16,693 bases of DNA from contig JAVRCJ020000050.1 in assembly GCA_034530875.2 (NCBI GenBank), positions 1 to 16,693 on the forward strand, read 5' to 3'. A program made the translations under genes and the position numbers. Position 1 is the first letter of the stretch, and the number at the start of each line of letters is the position of its first letter. Source of the DNA: Nostoc sp. DedSLP01. GTDB taxonomy: Bacteria > Cyanobacteriota > Cyanobacteriia > Cyanobacteriales > Nostocaceae. Below are positions 7,542 through 15,706 of the stretch, in pieces. A model generated the notes under the pieces. That model was not told the origin of the DNA and did no database searches. It saw nothing but the letters and a program-made list of their open reading frames with translations.

Positions 7542-9596
7542 TTATTTCCTCGTAATCAACCCCCTAGATTGCTCCACCAAGCGAATAAACTCATCTCTCA
7601 AGCCCTCCCGGTCTTCTCCCTTCCCTTGAGTTGCCAATTTCATTACCAAATCATAATTAGCATTCCCCTTGTACTCAGAGTCACGCAGCACCATCCCAAA
7701 GGTCGCCACCGCCGCAGCAAATCTCAGGTTGGTGGAGGGGTCGGCTCTCAAATCATCATCTTGGATGGTTTGAGTAATTAGTTGACTGGTGCTGTCCTGG
7801 GGCAATTTATAGCGCAGTTTTAAGAGCATCAATTCATTGCCGCCAGCATTGGAGGCAGTTTCACTAGAACGCTGATACCGCAAGGGGTCTACTGTAGGCA
7901 GTTTCACATCGCTCTTCATACCAGTGGGAATTATTTCATAAAGCGCTGTGACAGAATGACCAGCCCCAATTTCGCCTGCATCTTTCTTATCGTCATTGAA
8001 ATCCTGGTTTTGCAGCAAGCGGTTTTCGTAACCAATCAAGCGATATGCCTGAACTTTCGCTGGATTGAACTCCACTTGAATTTTCACATCCTTGGCAATG
8101 GTAAACAGAGTTCCCCTGAGATCGTTAACTAAAACCTTTTTGGCTTCCAATAGGGTATCGATGTAAGCGTAGTTGCCGTTACCCTTATCAGCCAGTTGCT
8201 CCATTTTTGAGTCCTTATAATTGCCAGTGCCAAATCCCAACACCGTCAAGAAAATTCCCCGATTTCGCTTGTGTTCAATTAATCGCGTCAGGTCGGCATC
8301 ACTGGAAACCCCGACATTAAAATCACCATCAGTAGCTAAAATGACTCTATTATTACCAGACTTAAGGAAGCTTTGTTCAGCTATCTTGTAGGCGAGTTCA
8401 ATGCCCTGACCGCCAGCAGTGGAGCCTCCAGCCTCTAAGCGGTCAATCGCCGCCAGAATTGTTGATTTCTGACTACCAGAAGTAGCAGGTAATACCAATC
8501 CAGCATTGCCAGCATAGACTACCAAACTTACCCGGTCTTCAGGACGTAGTTTATTTACCAGCAATTTCAGGGACTGTTGCACCAACGGTAATTTTTTGGG
8601 GTCATCCATAGAACCGGAGACATCAATCAGAAATACTAAGTTGCTGGGTGGTAAGGTTTCACTCTCTAGGCGTTTACCTTGCAAACCCACCTGTACCAGC
8701 TTGTGTTGAGGATTCCAGGGAGCAGCAGCAACTTCAGTAGTGACAGAAAAAGGGCGATTGTCTTTTGGTTGGGGATAATTGTAGGTAAAATAGTTGATTA
8801 GTTCCTCAATTCGGACTGCATCCTTGGGTGGTAATTCTCCTTGAGTAATAAAGCGTCGCACGTTGCTGTAAGATGCTGTATCTACATCAATGGAAAAGGT
8901 GGAAAGGGGGTCATTATCGACGCGATGAAAGGGATTATCCTCAATTCGGTTGTAGTTTTCAGTATTAAATCTGCTACCTGTTTGTGGCTCTGGGGCAACC
9001 CCTCCCCTAATTCCACCAGCTTCGGTTTTAGGCATGTACGCACGGTTAACAACTTGATTCTGCACAGATGAGCCAGACGAAATACTAAGGGATGGAGCCG
9101 TAGGTAAGGGTTGAGTCTTTCGGGTGGACTCCTCTTGAGTAAGTTCTCTGGGAGCCTGAGTAGGAGTAGAAGGAAGCAATTCATCTATCTGACTTGTTAG
9201 GGTTGCTAACTCCGGTGCGAATTCGGACTGCAACCGTTGCAAAGTTTTCATATCCGCTTCGGTAACTATCTTGGGGTCAGTCGCTATTAGCTCATTGCTC
9301 CGATTCACACAGGCATTCAAGACTGTGGCAAACTCAGTCCGGGTTATGGGAACAGTACCAAAGTTTTGAACAAAGACGACACAACTATACTTTTGTACGA
9401 ATGCCTGGAGTGCTTGGTAGTTAGGGTGATTGGGTAGAATGGAGGTTGTTGGTGTAGAACTTTTAGGAGTCTGATTGACTGGAACCGCAACCGTAGCAGA
9501 CTGACGTAAAATTGCAATTCCTACTGGCGGTATTAATAACAACAGTGCTACAATACTGACTCGCTGCCACATTTTGGACGAAATCGGGTAAGACAT
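7542..9596 (-). CDS. YfbK-like VWA protein (vWF_A + VWA + DUF3520-like) with N-terminal anchor and SLH-like module
   Basis: STFSIDVDTASY, VRIEELINYF, MIDAS motif DVSGS, ILATDGDFNVG, YRLIGYENR, DAGEIGAGHSVTALYEI, RFAAAVA.FG. Confidence 0.92.
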   Translation of the reverse strand: MSYPISSKMWQRVSIVALLLLIPPVGIAILRQSATVAVPVNQTPKSSTPTTSILPNHPNYQALQAFVQKYSCVVFVQNFGTVPITRTEFATVLNACVNRSNELIATDPKIVTEADMKTLQRLQSEFAPELATLTSQIDELLPSTPTQAPRELTQEESTRKTQPLPTAPSLSISSGSSVQNQVVNRAYMPKTEAGGIRGGVAPEPQTGSRFNTENYNRIEDNPFHRVDNDPLSTFSIDVDTASYSNVRRFITQGELPPKDAVRIEELINYFTYNYPQPKDNRPFSVTTEVAAAPWNPQHKLVQVGLQGKRLESETLPPSNLVFLIDVSGSMDDPKKLPLVQQSLKLLVNKLRPEDRVSLVVYAGNAGLVLPATSGSQKSTILAAIDRLEAGGSTAGGQGIELAYKIAEQSFLKSGNNRVILATDGDFNVGVSSDADLTRLIEHKRNRGIFLTVLGFGTGNYKDSKMEQLADKGNGNYAYIDTLLEAKKVLVNDLRGTLFTIAKDVKIQVEFNPAKVQAYRLIGYENRLLQNQDFNDDKKDAGEIGAGHSVTALYEIIPTGMKSDVKLPTVDPLRYQRSSETASNAGGNELMLLKLRYKLPQDSTSQLITQTIQDDDLRADPSTNLRFAAAVATFGMVLRDSEYKGNANYDLVMKLATQGKGEDREGLRDEFIRLVEQSRGLITRK

Positions 9597-10156
9597 GGCT
9601 AAATCCTCACACTAAAGAATGTGTATTGGCTCAAAACCTCGTGGAATGTGTGGAAGCTTTGTCTCTTTAGACGGCTTTATTGCTGACATTTGAAGTTTCC
9701 ACTTACCTAGAATAGTCTTAAGCAGCCTGGGATTTCATAACCGTTGCAGTTTTGGTAACTGTAGTTACCCGAATCCCTTTGCAGGCATAGCAGTGCCTCA
9801 AAACGTGCGGGAGCAACGCGATTTTAACAGAATTGTTAGTGCGACGATCTCTGGTGTATACTGGGCGATCGACAAGATACAGCACTTTCGAGATAAATGA
9901 GATACACGTGCGAATGGCACGCTTGAAAACGTAAAACAAGCGTCAGGGCTATTTGTTGGGGGTGGCTCTTGTGGGTGTAGGGAAAAAATCAAGAAAATTA
10001 AAACAAGTGCGAACATTAATAAACTTCTTTGCCACGCAACGCTGACTTTGAACGCCACTACACCCCACACTCACTCATCCTTATGAATATTGGATTTGCC
10101 GATCGCAAGCGTGCCATTCGGTATACGTGCATTTACTGAATGCATCGCCCATGAAA

Positions 10157-10618
10157 TTATTCGTGAACTGGATTGAGTTGGGTTCCATAATCAATGGTCA
10201 CACCACTTAAAGCTCGGCGACTATTGGCTTGACTATTGTCTTTTGCAGCTTGAGAACGGGTTTGTGGTGTGACACATACATAATCATTGGGAACAGCTTC
10301 GCGCCAAACGTAGCCTTGACGACAAGTGAAAGAACCATAGGCACCTCCACCAGGCTGAATCCGATTAACAACTTGATTATTGTCTTTTGCAGTTTGAGAA
10401 CGGGTTTTGGGTGTGACACAAACATGGTCATTAGGAACGGCTTCGCGCCAAACATAGCCTTGACGACAAGTATCTGGCCCATAAGGTAGTCCTTGCCCTT
10501 GAGCAGAATGACCAAACACAAGTGTTAGAGAAGCAGAGCTAACCAGGACGGTCAAAGTAGTTCCAGTTAACAAGGTAGTCATCGAAAATAGAGATGCAGA
10601 AAGTTTTTGGATGTACAT
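10157..10618 (-). CDS. Secreted protein with two Cys-containing repeats
   Basis: Hydrophobic signal-like N-terminus ending SAQG. Two copies of TCRQGYVWREAVPND.VCVTP.TRSQ.AKDN with a 48-aa period. ATG 10618 preferred. Confidence 0.85.
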   Translation of the reverse strand: MYIQKLSASLFSMTTLLTGTTLTVLVSSASLTLVFGHSAQGQGLPYGPDTCRQGYVWREAVPNDHVCVTPKTRSQTAKDNNQVVNRIQPGGGAYGSFTCRQGYVWREAVPNDYVCVTPQTRSQAAKDNSQANSRRALSGVTIDYGTQLNPVHE

Positions 10619-10871
10619 TGCCTGTTTTTCCTGCCTTGATAGCAAATAATTTGAGATGAACACCAATACATTGACTTATAGTTTGGTGTTGAAAGTTTTA
10701 TGCAATCTGCCCGTCATCCACAGAGAAATTACAACAGCGATCGCTTGATTGGTGTAACTTTGACTCTCAGAATTTTTTAAGGGCGATTTTTTCTCAAGTT
10801 GTTTGTACCTGGTAGCGCAGTTAAACCAATTCGCAATTCGCTTTTTCCGTGTTGTAACGGAGATTTAGCGC

Positions 10872-10933
10872 AAAGTCAGAGCGGAGGTTTCCTCCGTAGA
10901 CGCTTTGCGGCTTGCCGCAGGCATCTGAACTTT
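10872..10933. repeat. Nostoc-type short dispersed repeat with nested hairpins
   Basis: Outer arms aaagtcaga...tctgaacttt enclose hairpins cggagg-ttt-cctccg and tgcggc-tt-gccgca. Confidence 0.6.
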
Positions 10934-11308
10934 GTAAAACAGACCCCGCCACAACACTTGCGGCTTGATAAAAGCCGGGGACTTAAACTCCTACATTTTG
11001 TTAGTAATATAAAAGTTCTATTTGATTTTTGAACAAAACTACGAAAAAATACGGAAGGGGGATAAAAGGAAAATAAGCAACAATGATAAATCTGCATGTA
11101 CAAACTGCTAGACGGGCAGTAGGAGTATCCTCTCAACAGCCAATAGAGGAAACAGTACTTCATGCGATCGCATCCCAAAGAAAAGACCGCATATCTTCGT
11201 CTGATATTGATAAACCACTCGAAGAGTATTAGTAAGGCTTGAGTGAACCAGTGGCGAACATTGTTTTTTCGTAGACTTGAGTCCTCAAATATTACTGAGT
11301 CAACAAGT

Positions 11309-11674
11309 ATGAAAAAATATTTAATTGCCATCTCGCTGACTACTAGTACTTTCAATCTGATTTTGTCTCATCCAGCCTTCGCTGTTACCCTTTACGGTAC
11401 TGGTAGTTTGCGCGATAGTCTGACAGAAGTCGCTAACTCTTTTACCCAAGAGTATAAAATCCCAGTAACAACGCGATTTGGGCCATCTGGTTTAACACGA
11501 GAACTCATAGAACAAGAGTTATCACAGACAGGAAAATCCGCAGATGTTTTTGCTAGTGCGGATATAAACAACCCACTCACACTATTTCAACAAGGTTTAA
11601 GTGAACCAGTAGAAACATTTGCCAGCAATCGTTTGGTCGCCGTTGCGCGATCGCGTTTGTCACAGAGATTTTAA
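11309..11674 (+). pseudogene. modA: Molybdate ABC transporter substrate-binding protein, 3'-truncated
   Basis: Signal peptide ending PAFA, then TGSLRDSL, FGPSGL, ADVFASAD, FASNRLVAV. Only about 120 aa, roughly half of a ModA. Confidence 0.8.
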
Positions 11675-11691
11675 AAGATAAATCAAAAAGT

Positions 11692-11733
11692 GTATCTTGC
11701 ATGACATTTTACCCCATAAGATTAGTATAGGAT
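11692..11733 (+). promoter_or_regulatory. Putative NtcA-activated (class II) promoter
   Basis: tGTA-tcttgcat-GACa (one mismatch to GTA-N8-TAC), exactly 22 nt, then TAGGAT (TAN3T). About 200 nt upstream of the HDO gene. Confidence 0.55.
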
Positions 11734-11935
11734 TTACTACCAGATAAGTTGGTATATAACCAACAACGAGATATTCTATTTAACGCAAAACCCATAGACA
11801 GTGAGGATTAGAAGAATAGGTAATTTGAGATGCAGCGAGAAAAACTATTCTGAACCAGCATTCTCAATTGCCAGTTTCTGATTCCACCCCTTGCCAAAGT
11901 TCTCAAACCATTGAAAATAATCAATTCTGTTAAAA

Positions 11936-12700
11936 ATGAAAAAGCCTATTGGTCAGCCGAAAAGACCGGAACTGAGATCGCGTGTAGACGCACTCCTGGA
12001 CTCAATGATTGCGAAATTCTATAAGGAAGTTCCGTTTTCTCAACATATGTTGAACGGATCGCAAATCAATATGGATTACTACAAACGGCACAACATTGAA
12101 ACTATTCTTCGGTTGCGGCTAAAACGTACAGTAGACGCACTAGCTATCCGATACTTTACTAAGCATGACCCTGTGCAAGCCAAAGCATGGGCGAAATACA
12201 CCGAGGAAGAGATGCTTCACGATACCGAGTTCTTCGTTAGGGATCTTGAGGCCGTAGGCGTATCGAAGGATGCGATTTACTCGCAAGAGCCATTGCTCTC
12301 AACGAAGCTGCTTATGGGATATTTGCTCTTTGACATCGAATATAAAGATAGTCCGCTAGCTCTGATCTCAAGCGTTTACTTCGTTGAATACACAACTGTA
12401 AAGACCCAACCGCAATGGCTTGACAATTTAGCGAAGATTCTGGGTAAAGATAAAATTATCGGAGCTAGAGGACATGTGAACCTCGATCTCAAAGATGATC
12501 ATGACGATTTTGTGTGGGATGTCCTTGTATCTCTAATCAAAACTCCTGAAGATGATGAAAAAGTCCTCGAACATATACGTAATGTTGGTCGGCTTTACGT
12601 TGCATACTTTATGGAACTCCATCAGCAGTTAATCGTAGGTAAAACTGAGGATTTAATCCTGGGGAAATCTCTTGATATGAGTCTGCTGGCACAGGTGTAA
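11936..12700 (+). CDS. Heme-oxygenase-like diiron oxidase (HDO; CADD/PqqC/TenA superfamily)
   Basis: Helical 254-aa protein with EEEMLH...RDLEAVG, YFVE and GHVNLDLKDDH in the order of HDO metal ligands. Confidence 0.8.
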   Translation: MKKPIGQPKRPELRSRVDALLDSMIAKFYKEVPFSQHMLNGSQINMDYYKRHNIETILRLRLKRTVDALAIRYFTKHDPVQAKAWAKYTEEEMLHDTEFFVRDLEAVGVSKDAIYSQEPLLSTKLLMGYLLFDIEYKDSPLALISSVYFVEYTTVKTQPQWLDNLAKILGKDKIIGARGHVNLDLKDDHDDFVWDVLVSLIKTPEDDEKVLEHIRNVGRLYVAYFMELHQQLIVGKTEDLILGKSLDMSLLAQV

Positions 12701-12707
12701 CGATCTA

Positions 12708-12724
12708 TGCAACACTTTGTTGCA
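12708..12724 (+). other. Short hairpin after the HDO stop (possible mRNA stabiliser or partial terminator)
   Basis: tgcaaca-ctt-tgttgca. A second inverted repeat, agtccga...tcggact, lies at 12790-12817. Confidence 0.35.
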
Positions 12725-12841
12725 GAAGATTTAAGAATGATTCTTGTGTAGTGCAGGGCAAATATCTGCTCTCTATACCTTCAATTGTAAGTCCGATCTA
12801 TACTTCTCGTTCGGACTAACGCAAGGATAGGGAGAGAATTT

Positions 12842-13669
12842 GTGTGCGGGAATTTCCCCGTTGAGCAAACTTCGGGGACACCCAGACAAAGCTCATTCAA
12901 TCATCCTGCTATGCAACTTTTGCAAAAAAACTGGCTTGATTCGTGGTTATTCGATCGCTATATTCTTCACTACGCCACTCCCAAACAACTTATTCAACCA
13001 GCAATCAAAGAATGGATTGTGCAGGGATTGATCCAAGCAATGCCAGCCTTAAAGATAGAACAGTATTTTGAGGCGAAGCCAAACTGGTTTGAAGAATGTG
13101 ATTACTTAATTGTTGCAGTCGAGGCTACATCAAATGACTTAATTGCTGTCTTGGCATCCAGTTGGGTACAAACAGATTCATTGCCCTTTCTGCACATCAA
13201 AATACAGATGATTGCAGATCGTTATCAGAAAACACATCTGCTCAAATATATGTGGGGATTTCACCTTTACAAGGTGAGTCAAGGACATTTAGGATTCCCA
13301 TCAATCGTTGCTCTCAAAACTTGTCATCCTGCTGTTTTCTCAGCAATGCGGGTGTTCTCACGCTTTGATGGCGTTCAAATGTATCCTCGGATTGAGGGTC
13401 AAATGCCAGACCCAGAAATGAACGAGATAGCTTGTCTGATTGCAGAGAGTATATGTCCTGGTCTAGAGTTTTGCTTGCATACTGGCGCAATTAAAAATGC
13501 TAGCGTACCGAAAGATTTTTATCCTTCGCTACCAACAACAAAAAAAGCTGACGTAGGACACTATTTCCAAAACAATCTAACTCCGGCAGATCGGCTACTT
13601 TGTATTCTTCACATATCAACAGATTTAGCAAAACATCGCATACTACAGGCGTTGGGCAAGAAACAATAA
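12842..13669 (+). CDS. Hypothetical protein, probable divergent GNAT-fold acyl/aminoacyl transferase
   Basis: GGAG SD before GTG. YLIVAVE...LIAVLAS...FLHIKIQMIADRYQKTHL resembles GNAT strands beta2-beta4 and motif A. Confidence 0.6.
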   Translation: MCGNFPVEQTSGTPRQSSFNHPAMQLLQKNWLDSWLFDRYILHYATPKQLIQPAIKEWIVQGLIQAMPALKIEQYFEAKPNWFEECDYLIVAVEATSNDLIAVLASSWVQTDSLPFLHIKIQMIADRYQKTHLLKYMWGFHLYKVSQGHLGFPSIVALKTCHPAVFSAMRVFSRFDGVQMYPRIEGQMPDPEMNEIACLIAESICPGLEFCLHTGAIKNASVPKDFYPSLPTTKKADVGHYFQNNLTPADRLLCILHISTDLAKHRILQALGKKQ

Positions 13670-13695
13670 CCGTTGTTGAAAAATAGAGGTGATTT

Positions 13696-14751
13696 ATGGA
13701 GCCTATTAGCATTAGACCTGGTTCTTACCGTCAGTTTGGCTCGTCAGAAGGTTGTACTTTTTGCTTGGTGACTAACACAGATATTGTCGATCGCTTCACC
13801 ATTGAGAAAAGTGGTTCTTACACAGATTATATAACTGTCACCTATGACCAGGAAGGGTCATTTGAAACAATACTACAAAATCAAATCCCGGAAAACTCCC
13901 ATGTTTTTGTAGTTTCACCAAATCGTTTCTTCCGTTCTCCAAATCCAGAGGTATTAGGGGACAAGCGCAAGCTGATGGCGATGGCTTGCAATTCCACACC
14001 AACACCACTAGAAGCTATCAAACACTTTCTTGGTGTCATCGAGCGAACCGATCCCTATGCTCAAGCAGAGTTTGCCGAGCGTTTTTTTGAGTTAGGACAA
14101 AAAAGCGATCGCCTAGAAATTGTAGATGAAGAGTACGGAACTCGCGCCATCTTTGACCATCTTGACGAAAAATACGAATGGAATTTGCAAGCTGGTCCTC
14201 TAGAGTGGGGCGAACAACAGATTGCACCATCAGGAGAAATTAGCGTTTTACCTGCCGATATTTGGGAATTTAATCCCAATCTTTACTTGGCAATCAATGG
14301 CGAGATTGCATTCCGAGGGCTACCAATTCTACATAGTGGTGAACCGTCTTTTTTACGAGAGGATCAAGCACGTATTTTCAGTCAGTTGCGACATATAAAG
14401 CATCACGCGCTGATTGGGAAAGTAGAACATGGTGTTGTAAGAAATTTGCATCCTACTCACCCAGATGTAGAACCAGCAGCAGAAATGCTCAAAGCGATGG
14501 GTGCTATTGATTCCCGATATTTGACTATTTGGGAGTTAGGTTTTGCTATCAATACCTCACTCGACTTGCTGTGGGGTAATTATGCGATGAACGAAGTTTA
14601 TGGTGGTACTAGGGGAGCGTTGCACTTTGGGCTTGGTCTTACACCTTACACCCAGTACCATCTCGATTTGATTTGTCCGGGTATTCGGATATATGGACAG
14701 GATAAAAAGCTGCTTCTCGGTACTCCTGAACTCACTACTGCTACTAGATGA
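13696..14751 (+). CDS. M29 aminopeptidase-fold metalloprotein (CgnB/CgnE-like)
   Basis: PSGEI, ELGFAIN, MNEVYGG, ALHFGLG and HLDLI give the E,E,E,H,H,D ligand order of M29 peptidases. GAGG SD. Confidence 0.75.
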   Translation: MEPISIRPGSYRQFGSSEGCTFCLVTNTDIVDRFTIEKSGSYTDYITVTYDQEGSFETILQNQIPENSHVFVVSPNRFFRSPNPEVLGDKRKLMAMACNSTPTPLEAIKHFLGVIERTDPYAQAEFAERFFELGQKSDRLEIVDEEYGTRAIFDHLDEKYEWNLQAGPLEWGEQQIAPSGEISVLPADIWEFNPNLYLAINGEIAFRGLPILHSGEPSFLREDQARIFSQLRHIKHHALIGKVEHGVVRNLHPTHPDVEPAAEMLKAMGAIDSRYLTIWELGFAINTSLDLLWGNYAMNEVYGGTRGALHFGLGLTPYTQYHLDLICPGIRIYGQDKKLLLGTPELTTATR

Positions 14752-14763
14752 GTTAAGTTACTG

Positions 14764-14862
14764 ATTCGTAAAATCGTGGCGAATTGAGGGTTGAGGTTTA
14801 AACACAGAGGAGTACAAAGGTAAGCGCAAAGGTACGCAGAGAATTCGCTACGAATTACGAAT
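14764..14862. repeat. Small inverted-repeat-bounded intergenic element
   Basis: Arms attcgtaaaatcgtggcgaatt / aattcgctacgaattacgaat flank repeated (a/g)ca(g/a)agg units typical of Nostoc repeats. Confidence 0.6.
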
Positions 14863-14908
14863 TATTTTGACAAGGAAGTTATGTTGTCTAGACTTTGAGA
14901 GGGTAATT

Positions 14909-15664
14909 ATGATTGACCTCACAGGAAAAGTAGTATTAATTACAGGAGCTGCTCGTGGTATTGGTGAGGCATCTGCACGCGCTGTTGTGGCTGCGGGTGG
15001 TTATGTAGTAGCTAACGATGTACTTGCACAACAACTTGCTGCTTTACAAGCTGATTTAGGCTCAGACCGCTGTCATACAGTCGTTGGCGATCTCGCTGAT
15101 GTTAAGGCTATCCCATATCTTTGGGAGCGTGCAACTGATTGGCGAGATGGCATTGACGTACTCGTAAACAATGCAGGAGTGTATGAAAAAGCCACTATAG
15201 AAGGTGATTTTGAAGACTGGCATACCTCATGGATACGTACACTCAACATTAACTTAGTTGCTCCAGCATATTTGTGCCGTGAGGCTATCCATCACTTTAA
15301 ACAGCGAGGTGGTGGAAAGATTATTAATATTGCTAGCAGAGCAGGATTTCGGGGTGATTTACCTGACTATACGCACTATGCGGCATCCAAAGGAGGAATG
15401 CTTGCTCTGTCTCGTACAATTGCGCGGGGATTTGGCGATAAGAATATCCTAGTCTATGCGATCGCTCCCGGATTTGTTCGTACAGAACTCAACACTGAGT
15501 ACTTCGATAGCTATGGCGAGTCAGCTGCTATTTCCCAGACACCACTGGGGGAGATGGCAATGCCGGAAGATGTTGCGAATGTCGTGATTTTTCTAGCCTC
15601 AGATTTGGCACGTCATGTAACAGGCGCTACTATCGATGTCAACGGGGCAAGTTACGTTCGTTGA
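14909..15664 (+). CDS. Classical short-chain dehydrogenase/reductase
   Basis: TGAARGIG, NNAG, YAASK, PGFVRT. Asp after beta2 (VVAND) suggests NAD(H). ATG 14909 has a GAGGG SD. Confidence 0.95.
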   Translation: MIDLTGKVVLITGAARGIGEASARAVVAAGGYVVANDVLAQQLAALQADLGSDRCHTVVGDLADVKAIPYLWERATDWRDGIDVLVNNAGVYEKATIEGDFEDWHTSWIRTLNINLVAPAYLCREAIHHFKQRGGGKIINIASRAGFRGDLPDYTHYAASKGGMLALSRTIARGFGDKNILVYAIAPGFVRTELNTEYFDSYGESAAISQTPLGEMAMPEDVANVVIFLASDLARHVTGATIDVNGASYVR

Positions 15665-15706
15665 GTATTGCAGGCTTCTGATAGCAAGTATAGAGATGAA
15701 AGTTAG

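Larger units (their letters stand above)
500..15465. repeat. Dispersed HIP1 octamers GCGATCGC
   Basis: Seen at 500, 2392, 2419, 2974, 7446, 7492, 10737, 11164, 11647, 14105 and 15458. Confidence 0.9.

Noticed and set aside
9990..10060. tmRNA resume-like sequence (aagtgcgaacatt)
   Set aside because: No ANNIV...AA tag frame and no tRNA-like ends.
9798..10070. 90-aa minus-strand ORF with a hydrophobic N-terminus
   Set aside because: It has a possible SD but no recognisable homology. It could be a remnant, and the support is too weak to call.
10217..10483. CRISPR-like or non-coding direct repeats
   Set aside because: Only two copies, with an in-frame 144-nt period, explained by a protein repeat. 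No cas genes.
10799..11355. ORFs 10799-11032 and 10876-11355
   Set aside because: They run through a short dispersed repeat and are antisense to or upstream of modA, with no protein-like features.
11701..11853. Micro-ORFs MTFYPIRLV and MQREKLF as precursor peptides
   Set aside because: They are very short with no convincing SD, and the first overlaps the predicted promoter. Expected by chance.
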